Under the pieces are notes generated by a model. The model was not told the origin of the DNA and did not search any database. It worked only from the letters and a program-made list of their open reading frames with translations. A stretch of DNA of 64,000 nucleotides, from NCBI GenBank assembly GCA_964458565.1, contig CAYWJO010000003.1, positions 78,675 to 142,674 on the forward strand, given 5' to 3'. Of the stretch, positions 1-9,489 are shown one piece after another. This DNA is from an uncultured archaeon. Its GTDB lineage: Archaea > Asgardarchaeota > Thorarchaeia > Thorarchaeales > Thorarchaeaceae. How positions within the stretch are numbered: the first letter of the stretch is position 1; each line of letters opens with the position of its first letter. Made by a program: the position numbers and the translations under genes.

Positions 1-8
1 TCTACAAA

Positions 9-563
9 TTGATGCTTTTCACAAGCCCAGTCAAGACTGATGTCGTTAGTACATTTCGAATAACAGACAAATCCATCTTTCAAGCAATAGAGATTGGACT
101 CAGAGAAAGTGATATACTCACCTTCCTAGAAAAAGAAAGTAGCAAACCTGTACCCGCCAATGTTGTGAGGTCCATTAATGATTGGACATCACAGACTACC
201 TTCGCCACATTATCGAATGTTCAATTATTTGAAACCGAAACCGAAAAAGACATGGAAAATCTCCTGTTGATACCAGACTTCTGTAAATATGTTGAGAGAC
301 GAATAGGACCGACAGCTGTCGTTTTGTCGGGAGAGCCTGAAGCAATAACTGAAAATTTGAGAGATCACAAGATCAATATCAAAGAAGTTGGGCAGAAGGC
401 ATTAGAGAGTGAATCTCCCCCTAGTACGGTAATAACAGATCAGGTTTTACTCGTAGGTGAGGATATCGGAGATATTCCTGAAGCATGTGTTGGTTGTCCC
501 GCAGTCCATTCGTGTAACAGGGTAGTACGAAGAAAGGCTGAAGCGAAAAGAGGAACTGCATAA
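9..563 (+). CDS. hypothetical protein, possibly 5'-partial (frame is open to window start)
   Basis: 184-aa ORF. The track start is TTG at 9 and the frame stays open upstream to base 1. Stop overlaps the next gene start (ATGA at 563), suggesting co-translation. No recognisable motifs. Confidence 0.45.
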   Translation: MMLFTSPVKTDVVSTFRITDKSIFQAIEIGLRESDILTFLEKESSKPVPANVVRSINDWTSQTTFATLSNVQLFETETEKDMENLLLIPDFCKYVERRIGPTAVVLSGEPEAITENLRDHKINIKEVGQKALESESPPSTVITDQVLLVGEDIGDIPEACVGCPAVHSCNRVVRRKAEAKRGTA

Positions 564-1603
564 TGTCAAATTCTCTACTTCCTGAGAGATTAGTAGGTCA
601 GTTTTTTGGTGTGGGAAGTCTTGGGGAAAAAGACCCAGAAACACCAATAGAATACATCAAAAAACTTCCAATTCCGTATGCATTTCAAGTGACATATCTT
701 CATGAAGAAGATATGATTAGGCAATTCGGATATCTGATTGATGGATTCGAAGAGGAAGGAGATTTTCTGATAGACATCGATCTTCACGAGTATAGATCGA
801 TAACGGAATCAAGCGATGGTTTCTTGCCAGATATGAATCATGCGCACAGCTTCTATTTGCTAATAGACGGAACAGCATATCAATATTTCAAGACTCAACA
901 GACGGCACCAATTACGATGTGTTATAGTACAAGAGCTAGGGATGGAAAACAGCATCTGACTCGAACTATGTTCCATCTGTATGTGAGTCTGATGAAACGA
1001 ATCGCCAAGGGGCAAATAGAGCATATGCAGAGTTCCTGTGAAAATATTATTCTTTGTCAGGATGACCCTGCACTTGGTCTAGTATTAGAGAAAATGGGAC
1101 GAGATGAAGTTCCTGATTTGACTCTCAAAGACATCGTTAAAACAACTGATACAATTTATCCTAAGGAAGTGATTCCCGCATATCATTACTGTGATGATTG
1201 GCGGAAACTGGATATTGATGGAGTACATACACTTTGGGACGCCCCAGCCAAAATCGCTCATATCGATCTTGTTAATTATCCACCAATAATAGAGATAGAG
1301 CAAGCTGAAAAACTTAATCGATTTCTTGAAACAGGAGGAGCATTAGCTCTGGGAGTTCTACCAAATGTAGATGATAGTTACTCTGAATCAGTTGCATCAA
1401 CTTTAGAAAGAAATCTCATGAATGCAATCAATTCATTCCAGCAAAGTGGAGTTAGTATCGAACTTCTGAATCGTAACTCCTTGGTATCAACACAATGCGG
1501 TCTTTCACGTGCAAGTATAAAACTAACACGAGAAATTCACGAAACGCTTCTTGGGTCCCGAAAAATCTTCGAACGTGTAATGGAGAATGCAGGTGCGTCC
1601 TAA
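563..1603 (+). CDS. hypothetical cytoplasmic protein
   Basis: 346-aa ORF, ATGA-coupled to the upstream ORF. No TM segments and no motif I can name. Confidence 0.5.
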   Translation: MSNSLLPERLVGQFFGVGSLGEKDPETPIEYIKKLPIPYAFQVTYLHEEDMIRQFGYLIDGFEEEGDFLIDIDLHEYRSITESSDGFLPDMNHAHSFYLLIDGTAYQYFKTQQTAPITMCYSTRARDGKQHLTRTMFHLYVSLMKRIAKGQIEHMQSSCENIILCQDDPALGLVLEKMGRDEVPDLTLKDIVKTTDTIYPKEVIPAYHYCDDWRKLDIDGVHTLWDAPAKIAHIDLVNYPPIIEIEQAEKLNRFLETGGALALGVLPNVDDSYSESVASTLERNLMNAINSFQQSGVSIELLNRNSLVSTQCGLSRASIKLTREIHETLLGSRKIFERVMENAGAS

Positions 1604-1674
1604 ACGATAATTATCTATTCCAAGAAGATATGCTTAAGTGCGTGTTACTTTGAGATGCGTTCAGTTTCAACAAG

Positions 1675-2535
1675 GTGTTTACCATGGGAGAAGCCGAATC
1701 AGAACCCGGTGCTGTAATGGAATTCATCCAAGACTATCGCTTCAAGATGCTCATTCCTGAGCTACTTGTTGTATTTGCCCTGTGGTATCTAGTTCCAGAA
1801 TCATTAACTCAAAATGTCTATGATTTAGTGCTTGGAGATCTACTTGGACCATTAACATTCATACTTCAGCCACTATTTTTCTTGCCGAGTGGTGTGCTTG
1901 CGTTTATTACTGCATTCGTTTTACATGGCATCTATCCTTTAGATAACTATCACGAAGGGAAGATACCAGATTTACCAAAAGCTGCAGTAATAATGATTGC
2001 AATTTCATTCATCCTACTTCCTCTTCTTGTTCTTATGCAAATGATTGGTTACTATATGACGGAAGCTACTGAATACATTAGTAGAAATCCATTATGGGAG
2101 AGAGTGGAAAGTGTTGGAGATCTATTCTTCTATGCAGGAGCGGTTTTCTTTGTGGGTCTGCAATGGTGGCTCCTAATACCGGTATTCTTCCTTAGCCAAG
2201 CAGTTGATGGAATTCATAAAATAGCTCATCATGAAACAGCACACGAAGGAATTACGGCATTTTTCTATTTCCTTTGGCCAATAACAATGCCCCTTTTCTT
2301 CGATCCAATTGAGATCATGGCGATGGCAGCTCTCTCAATACCTGCATTTGCATTTTATAGTTACATCAGGCCATACTATACATATGTGACAGCAGTGCAC
2401 ACATTATCATTCGCGTTGCTTGTTCTTGGCACTATGATAATTGCAATGGCAGGTATATCCATGCCTTTACTAAAATATTGGGTACCTGGAGCAATTCCTG
2501 GAGGAAGACCTCCTGTTCCGGCTCCTAGGTGGTGA
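1675..2535 (+). CDS. polytopic membrane protein, unknown function
   Basis: 286 aa with multiple hydrophobic helices. Track start is GTG at 1675; the first ATG (MGEAESE) is at 1684. Confidence 0.5.
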   Translation: MFTMGEAESEPGAVMEFIQDYRFKMLIPELLVVFALWYLVPESLTQNVYDLVLGDLLGPLTFILQPLFFLPSGVLAFITAFVLHGIYPLDNYHEGKIPDLPKAAVIMIAISFILLPLLVLMQMIGYYMTEATEYISRNPLWERVESVGDLFFYAGAVFFVGLQWWLLIPVFFLSQAVDGIHKIAHHETAHEGITAFFYFLWPITMPLFFDPIEIMAMAALSIPAFAFYSYIRPYYTYVTAVHTLSFALLVLGTMIIAMAGISMPLLKYWVPGAIPGGRPPVPAPRW

Positions 2536-2536
2536 G

Positions 2537-2872
2537 GTGGTTAAAATGAGTAATTGGACAAATAAATGGGTCATAATGCTTTTGTTGGGAATTATAATTC
2601 AGACTGTTATCTATCCGGCAATTTTCATCATGGGCACTTTTGTAGGTTCACCTTCATACGATTACATGTTTAGTGTGTTCCTAATTGGAATGGTATCCAT
2701 CATAATACAAATCATCGGCTTTGCAGTAATTATGAATCAGACAAAGGATACAGATCCAGCTCTATATAGCCAGGGTCGACCATTCCGCCATAAACTTCGT
2801 GAGGAAGACGAAGTCCCAGCCACAAGAAAACCAACCTTTGACGGCACCGACCAGTCAGTTTACGAGGAATAG
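2537..2872 (+). CDS. small membrane protein
   Basis: 111 aa with two predicted TM helices and an acidic C-terminus. Track start is GTG at 2537. An ATG at 2546 is preceded by a GAGGTGG Shine-Dalgarno-like motif and is the more likely start. Immediately follows the previous membrane protein (likely operon). Confidence 0.45.
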   Translation: MVKMSNWTNKWVIMLLLGIIIQTVIYPAIFIMGTFVGSPSYDYMFSVFLIGMVSIIIQIIGFAVIMNQTKDTDPALYSQGRPFRHKLREEDEVPATRKPTFDGTDQSVYEE

Positions 2873-2930
2873 CAGTAGATTTTCAGAGGAGGTTTCAATT
2901 GATCTCCTCTAAATCACTCAAGTGATATTA

Positions 2931-3902
2931 CTATGTTGCCTTTTCATAATAAGATGTGAGCTTTCCAGCAATCATAGCTCCCAATTTTTGAAAATCAGTA
3001 GTAGAAATACTTGGAACGCTACTTGTCCTTGATGGAATTTTGAATCTGGCTACCATAACTGTTACATCGTCATCCATGGAATATTCTATTATTGCAGGAT
3101 ATCTTGTACCAATTTTGAGAGTTTCTTCTCTCTTTTCAACTACAGGACCTTTATAGATTGTACCAACCAAGTATGGATAGGCAAAACCTGAGTGAGAAAC
3201 CTGAACCTGAACTGCAACAGCTTCAGGCAAATCTTTGACAAATATCTTCCATTCTGCATTAAGCAGTGTTAACATACCTTTTCGTTCGCCTAGTTCAACA
3301 TTCACACCAGCTCGAAGATAGGGAATGTTTGAGAGTGCGCGAGCATATTCATAGTTATCACCCATTTCGGGGGCTTTGAAGAATTCATCGGAATCGATGG
3401 TCACAGATCTGAATCCAATTAAAAATCCTGCAAAACCTATGAGCCCATGAAACAAAGGTACTGTAAGTATTGTGTCAAGAGTATATCCAAACATAGGTCC
3501 AACAATTTCTTGATAGAAGACTGAGAAGAGTGCTAAAATCATCAGTATAGGAAGATAGCAAAAACAACATGCACTTTGGTCGCCTGGTTTAGCGAATAGG
3601 CCGCCATAAGCTTTTTTGTACTTTTCAAGAATTGTATCGTATTCCCCAAAGGTGACCCATCTCTTTGATGAGGCCCATTTCCCAGGAATGTAATTAATTG
3701 ATTTCTTTGATCCGATTCCGAAGATAATCGAAAGAATAGCGATGATAAATGAATTACGTGCATATACATCGATTATCACGCTGGGATTTCCAGGATCTGT
3801 AATCATAATGTAGAGCCCGTATCCAATCAATGAAAGAAGAACTGCCCCGAATAATGCACCAATAGTCCGGCTATGACCATAATCGATAATCTCATCGTCC
3901 AT
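2931..3902 (-). CDS. polytopic membrane protein, unknown function
   Basis: 323 aa. N-terminal half is hydrophobic and multi-helix; the C-terminal half is soluble and beta-rich. Third gene of a minus-strand operon. Confidence 0.5.
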   Translation of the reverse strand: MDDEIIDYGHSRTIGALFGAVLLSLIGYGLYIMITDPGNPSVIIDVYARNSFIIAILSIIFGIGSKKSINYIPGKWASSKRWVTFGEYDTILEKYKKAYGGLFAKPGDQSACCFCYLPILMILALFSVFYQEIVGPMFGYTLDTILTVPLFHGLIGFAGFLIGFRSVTIDSDEFFKAPEMGDNYEYARALSNIPYLRAGVNVELGERKGMLTLLNAEWKIFVKDLPEAVAVQVQVSHSGFAYPYLVGTIYKGPVVEKREETLKIGTRYPAIIEYSMDDDVTVMVARFKIPSRTSSVPSISTTDFQKLGAMIAGKLTSYYEKAT

Positions 3903-3953
3903 ATCTCATCCTCACTCTCTGATGAACTTTATCTAAAATAAGCGCATCGCCTC

Positions 3954-4880
3954 TCATTCATCGCGGATATCAATCCCAAGTTCATTTAGCAGATCAATAA
4001 GTAGTGGATCTGAACCCTTGATTTCAATGTATTTTTGGTATGTCGAAATCATGAGATTCCGAATTGCTTGGTCTAATTCTAGTGGATCCGTGGATAATAT
4101 ATTAACATCTATCTTCTCATGTGTCATTGACAGTTCTGATATCAGAGATGTGAGTCGAAATGAACCATCAAGCACAAATTGTATCTTCGCAACCCCTTCA
4201 ATTCCTTCAAGTCGTATCGTTGGCCGTATTTTTGTAAGCGTGTAATACCCACTAGCTTCTTTGATTTGCATCCCTACACCCGCGTATGCGATGCCATCAA
4301 TGTCCAAACTCAAAGAGATGAATTTGCGCATCTTTCTTGGTGGAACAAGCTCTGAATGAATACTCGATGTGCTGTGAAATAGTTTGAATGAGAATCTAGA
4401 GAGAAGCAAACCGTATAGAATAACTAGAAAACCATATACATATGGAGCAGAACCAATTGTGAATATTGATTGTGCCATGAGTAAGGGAATCAGGTTTGTT
4501 GAAGTAAGAATAACTGTGAATAATATGAAATCGCTGAAATCAAACCATGATATTAGATGTGAATAATTCTTTAGATAATCTTCGTATATTCGTTCATATT
4601 CTTCGATACTAATCTCTTGCTCTTTGAGATTCCAGTGAACTTCATGAATAACAACCTGTTGCTTCATATACCAAGATATGACCAGTAAGGGTAAGGAGAG
4701 GATTCCAAGAACTGTTACCGAGGTCGCGATCCACCCAATTGGGTCAGAGTGCGCACTTGCTAGATGTTCCCAACCTGTAGAAAATGCAATGAGAGACCAC
4801 AAGAGAATGATAACAAACTGAAGGATATTGAAGGGAATCATCGATTTTACTGTGATCGGCTCATCAGTCATCAGTTTCAC
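3954..4880 (-). CDS. polytopic membrane protein, unknown function
   Basis: 308 aa with hydrophobic helices in the N-terminal 170 aa. Its start overlaps the upstream gene's stop (4877..4880), indicating translational coupling. Confidence 0.5.
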   Translation of the reverse strand: MKLMTDEPITVKSMIPFNILQFVIILLWSLIAFSTGWEHLASAHSDPIGWIATSVTVLGILSLPLLVISWYMKQQVVIHEVHWNLKEQEISIEEYERIYEDYLKNYSHLISWFDFSDFILFTVILTSTNLIPLLMAQSIFTIGSAPYVYGFLVILYGLLLSRFSFKLFHSTSSIHSELVPPRKMRKFISLSLDIDGIAYAGVGMQIKEASGYYTLTKIRPTIRLEGIEGVAKIQFVLDGSFRLTSLISELSMTHEKIDVNILSTDPLELDQAIRNLMISTYQKYIEIKGSDPLLIDLLNELGIDIRDE

Positions 4881-6085
4881 TCTAGCTTTGCATTAAGCTG
4901 GTTCAATATATCAGCAATTGCACTATCTCGTTCATGCGTCTTAAACCATTCACGATAAAGGATGGCGACAGCATTCTTGGTTAATAGATCGATATCTCTT
5001 ACTCCATATTCCTCTATATTTGATTGGACCGGGAATTTTACATAGTAACCCTCATTATCGTCCCCCACATACTTTCGAAACATTCGATCTCTAGCTACCC
5101 ACCACCATACTATTTGCGGGGTCTCATCAAATGAATGTAGTCGACACAGAATGCTATCAATAGCTCGCAGTTCATGGGTCCATGTTTCAATATACGCACT
5201 TTCACTAAGTCCACTTAATCGAAGGAAGATTCGTGGATTATCATACACTCTGTACGCTCCAATCTCAGCCTTATCAAGGATGACTCGAGCAGTTTCTACA
5301 CCAGGAATTTTTGATTGTTTTCTACATAACCAAACAGCTTCTCGGATCAGAGGGACTTTGAAATCATCAGATGCTGCGTTTGATGTAGCTAACATCCCTA
5401 GAAGCGTTGAAAGGATGAAGAGTAAGGAAAGTGAGAATGCGAAGATGGGAGTAACGAGGGGAATAAATTGAGTGTCAATTTGTATCGCATAGAGTGGCAA
5501 GGTAATCTGACCAAGAAGGATAAGCAGCGGAGCATAAAAGAGCCAAAAATAACCATTCGGAGCTAATCTCACATATTCACGAAGGTACCTGCGTTCCAGT
5601 TTTGAAACTTCTTCGATATCCATCTGAAACGGTTTGTATTCCCAATCGGGTGCGTGATAGATAATCTGGCCCTTTGCGTGGCTACCGATTATAATTCCAA
5701 CAAAAGCGATGATTAATGGGAGTCCCAAGTATATTGTCAAAATCAGAAAGATGTTATCGGAATTACTTGGAAAAATCCAATCTGACATCAAATATCCAAT
5801 GGGTATCAGAGTAGCGGTAAGTATGAAACTAAGAATCTTGTGAATTTTAATGGATTTGTATATTACTGGCTCCACCATCATCTTGTATCGCTCACATTTC
5901 TGGATTGGCACACGCTCTTTAAGGATTGCTGAGAGAACTAAGATTGAAACGACCCCAATCTTTATTAACAAATTTTCCAATATTAAATTCACAATTGTTA
6001 ATAATTTTGGAGAGATATTAGTGATAAAAATTGGAGATAAAGCACCAGATTTCAAGACAATTACAGAGAATGGAGAGAAATTCAA
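4877..6085 (-). CDS. polytopic membrane protein, unknown function (alternative start at 5882)
   Basis: 402-aa ORF with many TM helices. The track start at 6085 overlaps the Bcp gene on the opposite strand. An internal ATG-ATG (MMVEP) at 5882 would remove that overlap. Confidence 0.45.
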   Translation of the reverse strand: MNFSPFSVIVLKSGALSPIFITNISPKLLTIVNLILENLLIKIGVVSILVLSAILKERVPIQKCERYKMMVEPVIYKSIKIHKILSFILTATLIPIGYLMSDWIFPSNSDNIFLILTIYLGLPLIIAFVGIIIGSHAKGQIIYHAPDWEYKPFQMDIEEVSKLERRYLREYVRLAPNGYFWLFYAPLLILLGQITLPLYAIQIDTQFIPLVTPIFAFSLSLLFILSTLLGMLATSNAASDDFKVPLIREAVWLCRKQSKIPGVETARVILDKAEIGAYRVYDNPRIFLRLSGLSESAYIETWTHELRAIDSILCRLHSFDETPQIVWWWVARDRMFRKYVGDDNEGYYVKFPVQSNIEEYGVRDIDLLTKNAVAILYREWFKTHERDSAIADILNQLNAKLE

Positions 6086-6506
6086 ACTCAGTGACTATCG
6101 AGGCAAGAAAGTCCTCCTTTATTGGTATGTGAAAGATAACACAACCGGATGCCAAGCTCAGTCATGTTCACTCCGTGATAACTACAAAGTTTTTGTTGAC
6201 AATGATACTGTGGTTTTTGGTATTGCACCAGGAACTCAGAAAACACATCAATCATTCAAAGAAAAGAATAATCTTCCCTTCCCTCTTTTGATGGATGAAA
6301 ACAATGAGATTGCTAAACTCTATGATATATGGCAGAAAAAGAAGATGTATGGCAAGGAATACATGGGAATTGAGAGAACGACATTTCTGATCGACGAAAA
6401 GGGAAAAATAGCGAAAATCATTGGCAATCATCCAGATGGTGAAGAGAAGGTCCAGACCAAGGAACATGCTGAACAAGTCATCAGGGTCTGGGGTTTGAAA
6501 CTATAG
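6021..6506 (+). CDS. bcp: peroxiredoxin, Bcp/PrxQ type (thioredoxin-dependent peroxidase)
   Basis: Track ORF is 5850..6506, but homology to the adjacent paralog begins at VIKIGDKAPDF. A GTG at 6021 gives a 161-aa product. Thioredoxin-fold Bcp signature T-G-C-x4-C (TGCQAQSC) with peroxidatic and resolving Cys 5 residues apart. Confidence 0.8.
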   Translation: MIKIGDKAPDFKTITENGEKFKLSDYRGKKVLLYWYVKDNTTGCQAQSCSLRDNYKVFVDNDTVVFGIAPGTQKTHQSFKEKNNLPFPLLMDENNEIAKLYDIWQKKKMYGKEYMGIERTTFLIDEKGKIAKIIGNHPDGEEKVQTKEHAEQVIRVWGLKL

Positions 6507-6516
6507 AGGGATTTTT

Positions 6517-6990
6517 ATGCTGAAGATAGGAGATGTAGCACCGGACTTCGAAACATCCGATGAGTCTGGTACTACCTTCAAGCTGAGCAATCACAAGGGA
6601 TCGAAAATTGTTTTGTATTTCTATCCCAAGGATTTTACACCCGGGTGCACTGCAGAAGCATGTTCGATAAGAGATAGTTATCATCTCTTCGAGGGGTCAG
6701 GGATTCCAATCTATGGCATCTCTGGAGGGTCTGCTGAAACACACATGAAGTTTCGAAAGAAATACAATCTTCCATTTCCAATTCTAATGGATGAGGATCT
6801 AGAAATAGCCAAATTATATGACGCCTACAGTAAACTTGACCTCATTGGAATGGGAGTCAAACGTGTTACTTACCTTATCGACGAAACCGGAAAAATCGAA
6901 GCCATCTTTGGTGGTTCAGAAGGTTTAGATAAGGTTCGTTCGAGTGAGCACGCAGATCAAATCTTGGGTCATTGGGGCTTACAAATCTGA
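6517..6990 (+). CDS. bcp: peroxiredoxin, Bcp/PrxQ type
   Basis: 157 aa starting MLKIGDVAPDF, with FTPGCTAEACS (CxxxxC). Paralog of the upstream gene, about 45% identical by eye. Confidence 0.85.
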   Translation: MLKIGDVAPDFETSDESGTTFKLSNHKGSKIVLYFYPKDFTPGCTAEACSIRDSYHLFEGSGIPIYGISGGSAETHMKFRKKYNLPFPILMDEDLEIAKLYDAYSKLDLIGMGVKRVTYLIDETGKIEAIFGGSEGLDKVRSSEHADQILGHWGLQI

Positions 6991-7719
6991 TTGGCGTATA
7001 GATTTTCCAACACTACTGAGGTAAATCACACTCTCATTGACTCCATCGAGATCAAGTAGCTGATTGAGTTCATCATCATATATGGCTCCAATCTGACAGC
7101 TTCCTAGACCAAGTGCTTCTGATGCTAATGCAAGATTTTGAGCTATATGTCCTGCATCTAGGAAAACATATCGATAAGCTCGTTGGAGGTATTTCCATTT
7201 CGACCGTGGGAATAGAGCACTCCATATGAAAACAACAGCAGCTCGCTGAGCAATAGATTGATCGAGAGCACCTGCTTTCACTTCTAATGAATAATCACCT
7301 TCTTTCAACAATTCAAGTTCATGTCTTTTAACTGGATAGTGGTACAGACCTGCATCGATTCCAGAAACGCGATTGACAAGTAGATAGGTTTCAATAGGAT
7401 ACAAAGCTCCAGCTGAGGGTGCAGCACGAAGCTGATAGTCTGATATGACTCCTGTTACGCCCTGTGTTGCCCATATGAGTTGAGAGAGTTCATTCTTCGA
7501 GATCTCATCAGTGCTATAGGCACGTACACTCCTTCTCTGGGCTATCATATCCCACAGTCGAGGTCCAGAATCAGTTGTAGGTGGAGGAAGAGTTACTTTT
7601 AGTGATGAAGGATATTCCTTATAGACAGGAGGTTTCGTATCCCAATCTAGCTGATGAGCAGGAAGTTTTCCACGTACATATTTGGTCCCAAGAAAGAAGT
7701 CATCACCGAGTTTCGACAT
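6979..7719 (-). CDS. nitroreductase-family (SagB-type) FMN oxidoreductase
   Basis: 246 aa. The motif RRSVRAYS, then LYHYP, then a C-terminal GxGSCQIGA pattern, is typical of the SagB/nitroreductase fold. Its 3' end overlaps the Bcp stop by 12 bp (convergent). Confidence 0.7.
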   Translation of the reverse strand: MSKLGDDFFLGTKYVRGKLPAHQLDWDTKPPVYKEYPSSLKVTLPPPTTDSGPRLWDMIAQRRSVRAYSTDEISKNELSQLIWATQGVTGVISDYQLRAAPSAGALYPIETYLLVNRVSGIDAGLYHYPVKRHELELLKEGDYSLEVKAGALDQSIAQRAAVVFIWSALFPRSKWKYLQRAYRYVFLDAGHIAQNLALASEALGLGSCQIGAIYDDELNQLLDLDGVNESVIYLSSVGKSIRQSDL

Positions 7720-7841
7720 AACTGAACGTATTCGGGAATTCCTTTATGAATACAAGGACATAGGAGATTTATTGGAAACATACAACCTTTGACCACAAGG
7801 CATACACTTTAATCATAGCACATTCCGACCGATGCATGCGT

Positions 7842-7860
7842 GACGGGGATATATCCCGTC
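7842..7860. promoter_or_regulatory. palindrome GACGGG(G)ATATATCCCGTC upstream of the malic enzyme gene
   Basis: Inverted repeat centred on ATATAT, 29-47 nt upstream of the ATG at 7889. The position is compatible with an archaeal TATA box flanked by an operator-like dyad. Confidence 0.35.
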
Positions 7861-7888
7861 CTTCTATTAGATGTAGGGGCTCATAATA

Positions 7889-9250
7889 ATGCCTGAAGAG
7901 AAACTCTCTGTTGAAGAACTCAAGAAGAAGGCTGAGAAGCCTGGAAAAGATGCAATGATTTTACACCCATTCTATAAGGGAAAAATCATGAGCATAGGAA
8001 AGGCTCCTGTCCGTAGTTTTGATGATTTTGCAATCTGGTATACACCTGGTGTTGCCAAACCATGTCTTGCAATAAAGGATGATGAAGAAGCTGCTTACGA
8101 ATACACAAACAAAGGAAACATGGTAGCAGTAGTAAGCGACGGAACTCGTGTATTGGGACTTGGTGACATCGGACCATATGGAGCAGGACCGGTGATGGAG
8201 GGGAAAGCGATCCTCTTCAAATACCTGGGTGGTGTTGATGCATGGCCTATCTGTCTTGAAACGAAAGACGCTGAGAAGATTATTGAAACAGTGAAGCTCA
8301 TTCAACCAAGCTTTGGAGGAATAAATCTCGAAGATATCTCGAAGCCAAAGTGTTACGAGGTACTTGAAAGACTGAGGAAAGACCCAGAGGTTAAAATTCC
8401 TGTTTGGCACGATGACGCTCAAGGTACAGCTACAGTTGTTTTAGCTGGTGTGCTTGGAGGATTGAATGTTGTCAAGAAGGACATTGAGAACATCAGAGTG
8501 GCCTTACTTGGGGTAGGTTCAGCAAACACACGAACTGCATACCTTCTCTTTGCAGCAGGTGTTAATCCAAAGAACGTAGTAATGGTTGATAGCAAGGGAG
8601 CTATCTATGCCGATCGCGAAGATATCGTTAAGGACAAGGATTATGACACCTTCAAGTACGATCTCGCTCAAAAGACAAACCCTGATAGAATGAATGGAGA
8701 CCTCGGCGAAGTTATCGATGGCATGGATGTCCTGATTTCAGCTTCTCGACCAGTTCCAGGTGCAATTAAGAAAGAATGGGTTGCCAAAATGGCCACTGAT
8801 TCAATCGTTTATGCGTGTGCCAATCCACTTCCTGAGATCTGGCCTTGGGATGCTATAGAAGCAGGTGCCAGAATTGTGGGAACCGGTAGAAGTGATTTTG
8901 ATAACCAAATCAACAATTCACTTGGTTTCCCAGGTATCTTTAGAGGTACACTTGATGTGAGAGCCAGAACAATCACTGATGAGATGTGTGTCGCAGCTGC
9001 CCAAGCTCTGGCAGATCTTGGCGCTAGAGAGGCAAGCGACAAGAAGGTAATTCCAACTATGGATCAGTGGGAGCTCTATCCGCTTGAAGCTACAGCTGTG
9101 GGTATGAAAGCTATGGAGCAAGGTATCGCGCGAGTGCAATGGGAAGAAAAGGAGCTGTATAAGCATGCAGAAGACGTTATTCGTACAGCAAGAGCTGCTT
9201 CTGAAATGCTGTACAGAGAAGGTCACATCCCGAAAGCACCTCCGACCTGA
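7889..9250 (+). CDS. NAD(P)-dependent malic enzyme (short archaeal/bacterial form)
   Basis: 453 aa. Malic-enzyme N-domain motifs (YTPGVA, VSDGTRVLGLGDIG) and the Rossmann GxGxxG motif LLGVGSA. Length fits short MaeB-like enzymes. Confidence 0.9.
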   Translation: MPEEKLSVEELKKKAEKPGKDAMILHPFYKGKIMSIGKAPVRSFDDFAIWYTPGVAKPCLAIKDDEEAAYEYTNKGNMVAVVSDGTRVLGLGDIGPYGAGPVMEGKAILFKYLGGVDAWPICLETKDAEKIIETVKLIQPSFGGINLEDISKPKCYEVLERLRKDPEVKIPVWHDDAQGTATVVLAGVLGGLNVVKKDIENIRVALLGVGSANTRTAYLLFAAGVNPKNVVMVDSKGAIYADREDIVKDKDYDTFKYDLAQKTNPDRMNGDLGEVIDGMDVLISASRPVPGAIKKEWVAKMATDSIVYACANPLPEIWPWDAIEAGARIVGTGRSDFDNQINNSLGFPGIFRGTLDVRARTITDEMCVAAAQALADLGAREASDKKVIPTMDQWELYPLEATAVGMKAMEQGIARVQWEEKELYKHAEDVIRTARAASEMLYREGHIPKAPPT

Positions 9251-9261
9251 TTGAAAACGAA

Positions 9262-9295
9262 TGGGCCTAACCAGCCCAATCTCTCTTTTTAGTGT
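9262..9295 (+). terminator. stem-loop (tgggc..gccca) followed by a CTCTCTTTTT tract immediately after the malic enzyme stop
   Basis: Inverted repeat TGGGCctaaccaGCCCA followed by a T-rich run. Archaeal terminators are oligo-T tracts, often hairpin-associated. Confidence 0.4.
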
Positions 9296-9489
9296 TGACT
9301 TCAAAATTAAATAGTCTGAAGATTATTTTGTCGCAATAGATCTCAGATAGTTTTAGTTACAGATTCCATTTCTGAACCAATCGTTTCTGGGAATGAGTCT
9401 TTGGTTTTGATAGCTGTGAATATCGGAATCAGATTCAAACTATCATCTATTGGATTGAAGATTCTTTGAAGGGGTGTTGACCTTGAGGT

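Noticed and set aside
5850-6020. N-terminal 57 aa of the track's 218-aa Bcp ORF (MDLYITGSTIILYRSHFWIG...)
   Set aside because: This segment has no counterpart in the adjacent Bcp paralog or in the Bcp family generally, and it overlaps the opposite-strand membrane-protein gene. More likely non-coding promoter sequence containing TTTATTAA.
7961-8422. 153-aa minus-strand ORF inside the malic enzyme gene
   Set aside because: Antisense to a confidently identified, well-conserved enzyme gene. Composition is atypical (Cys/Phe-rich).
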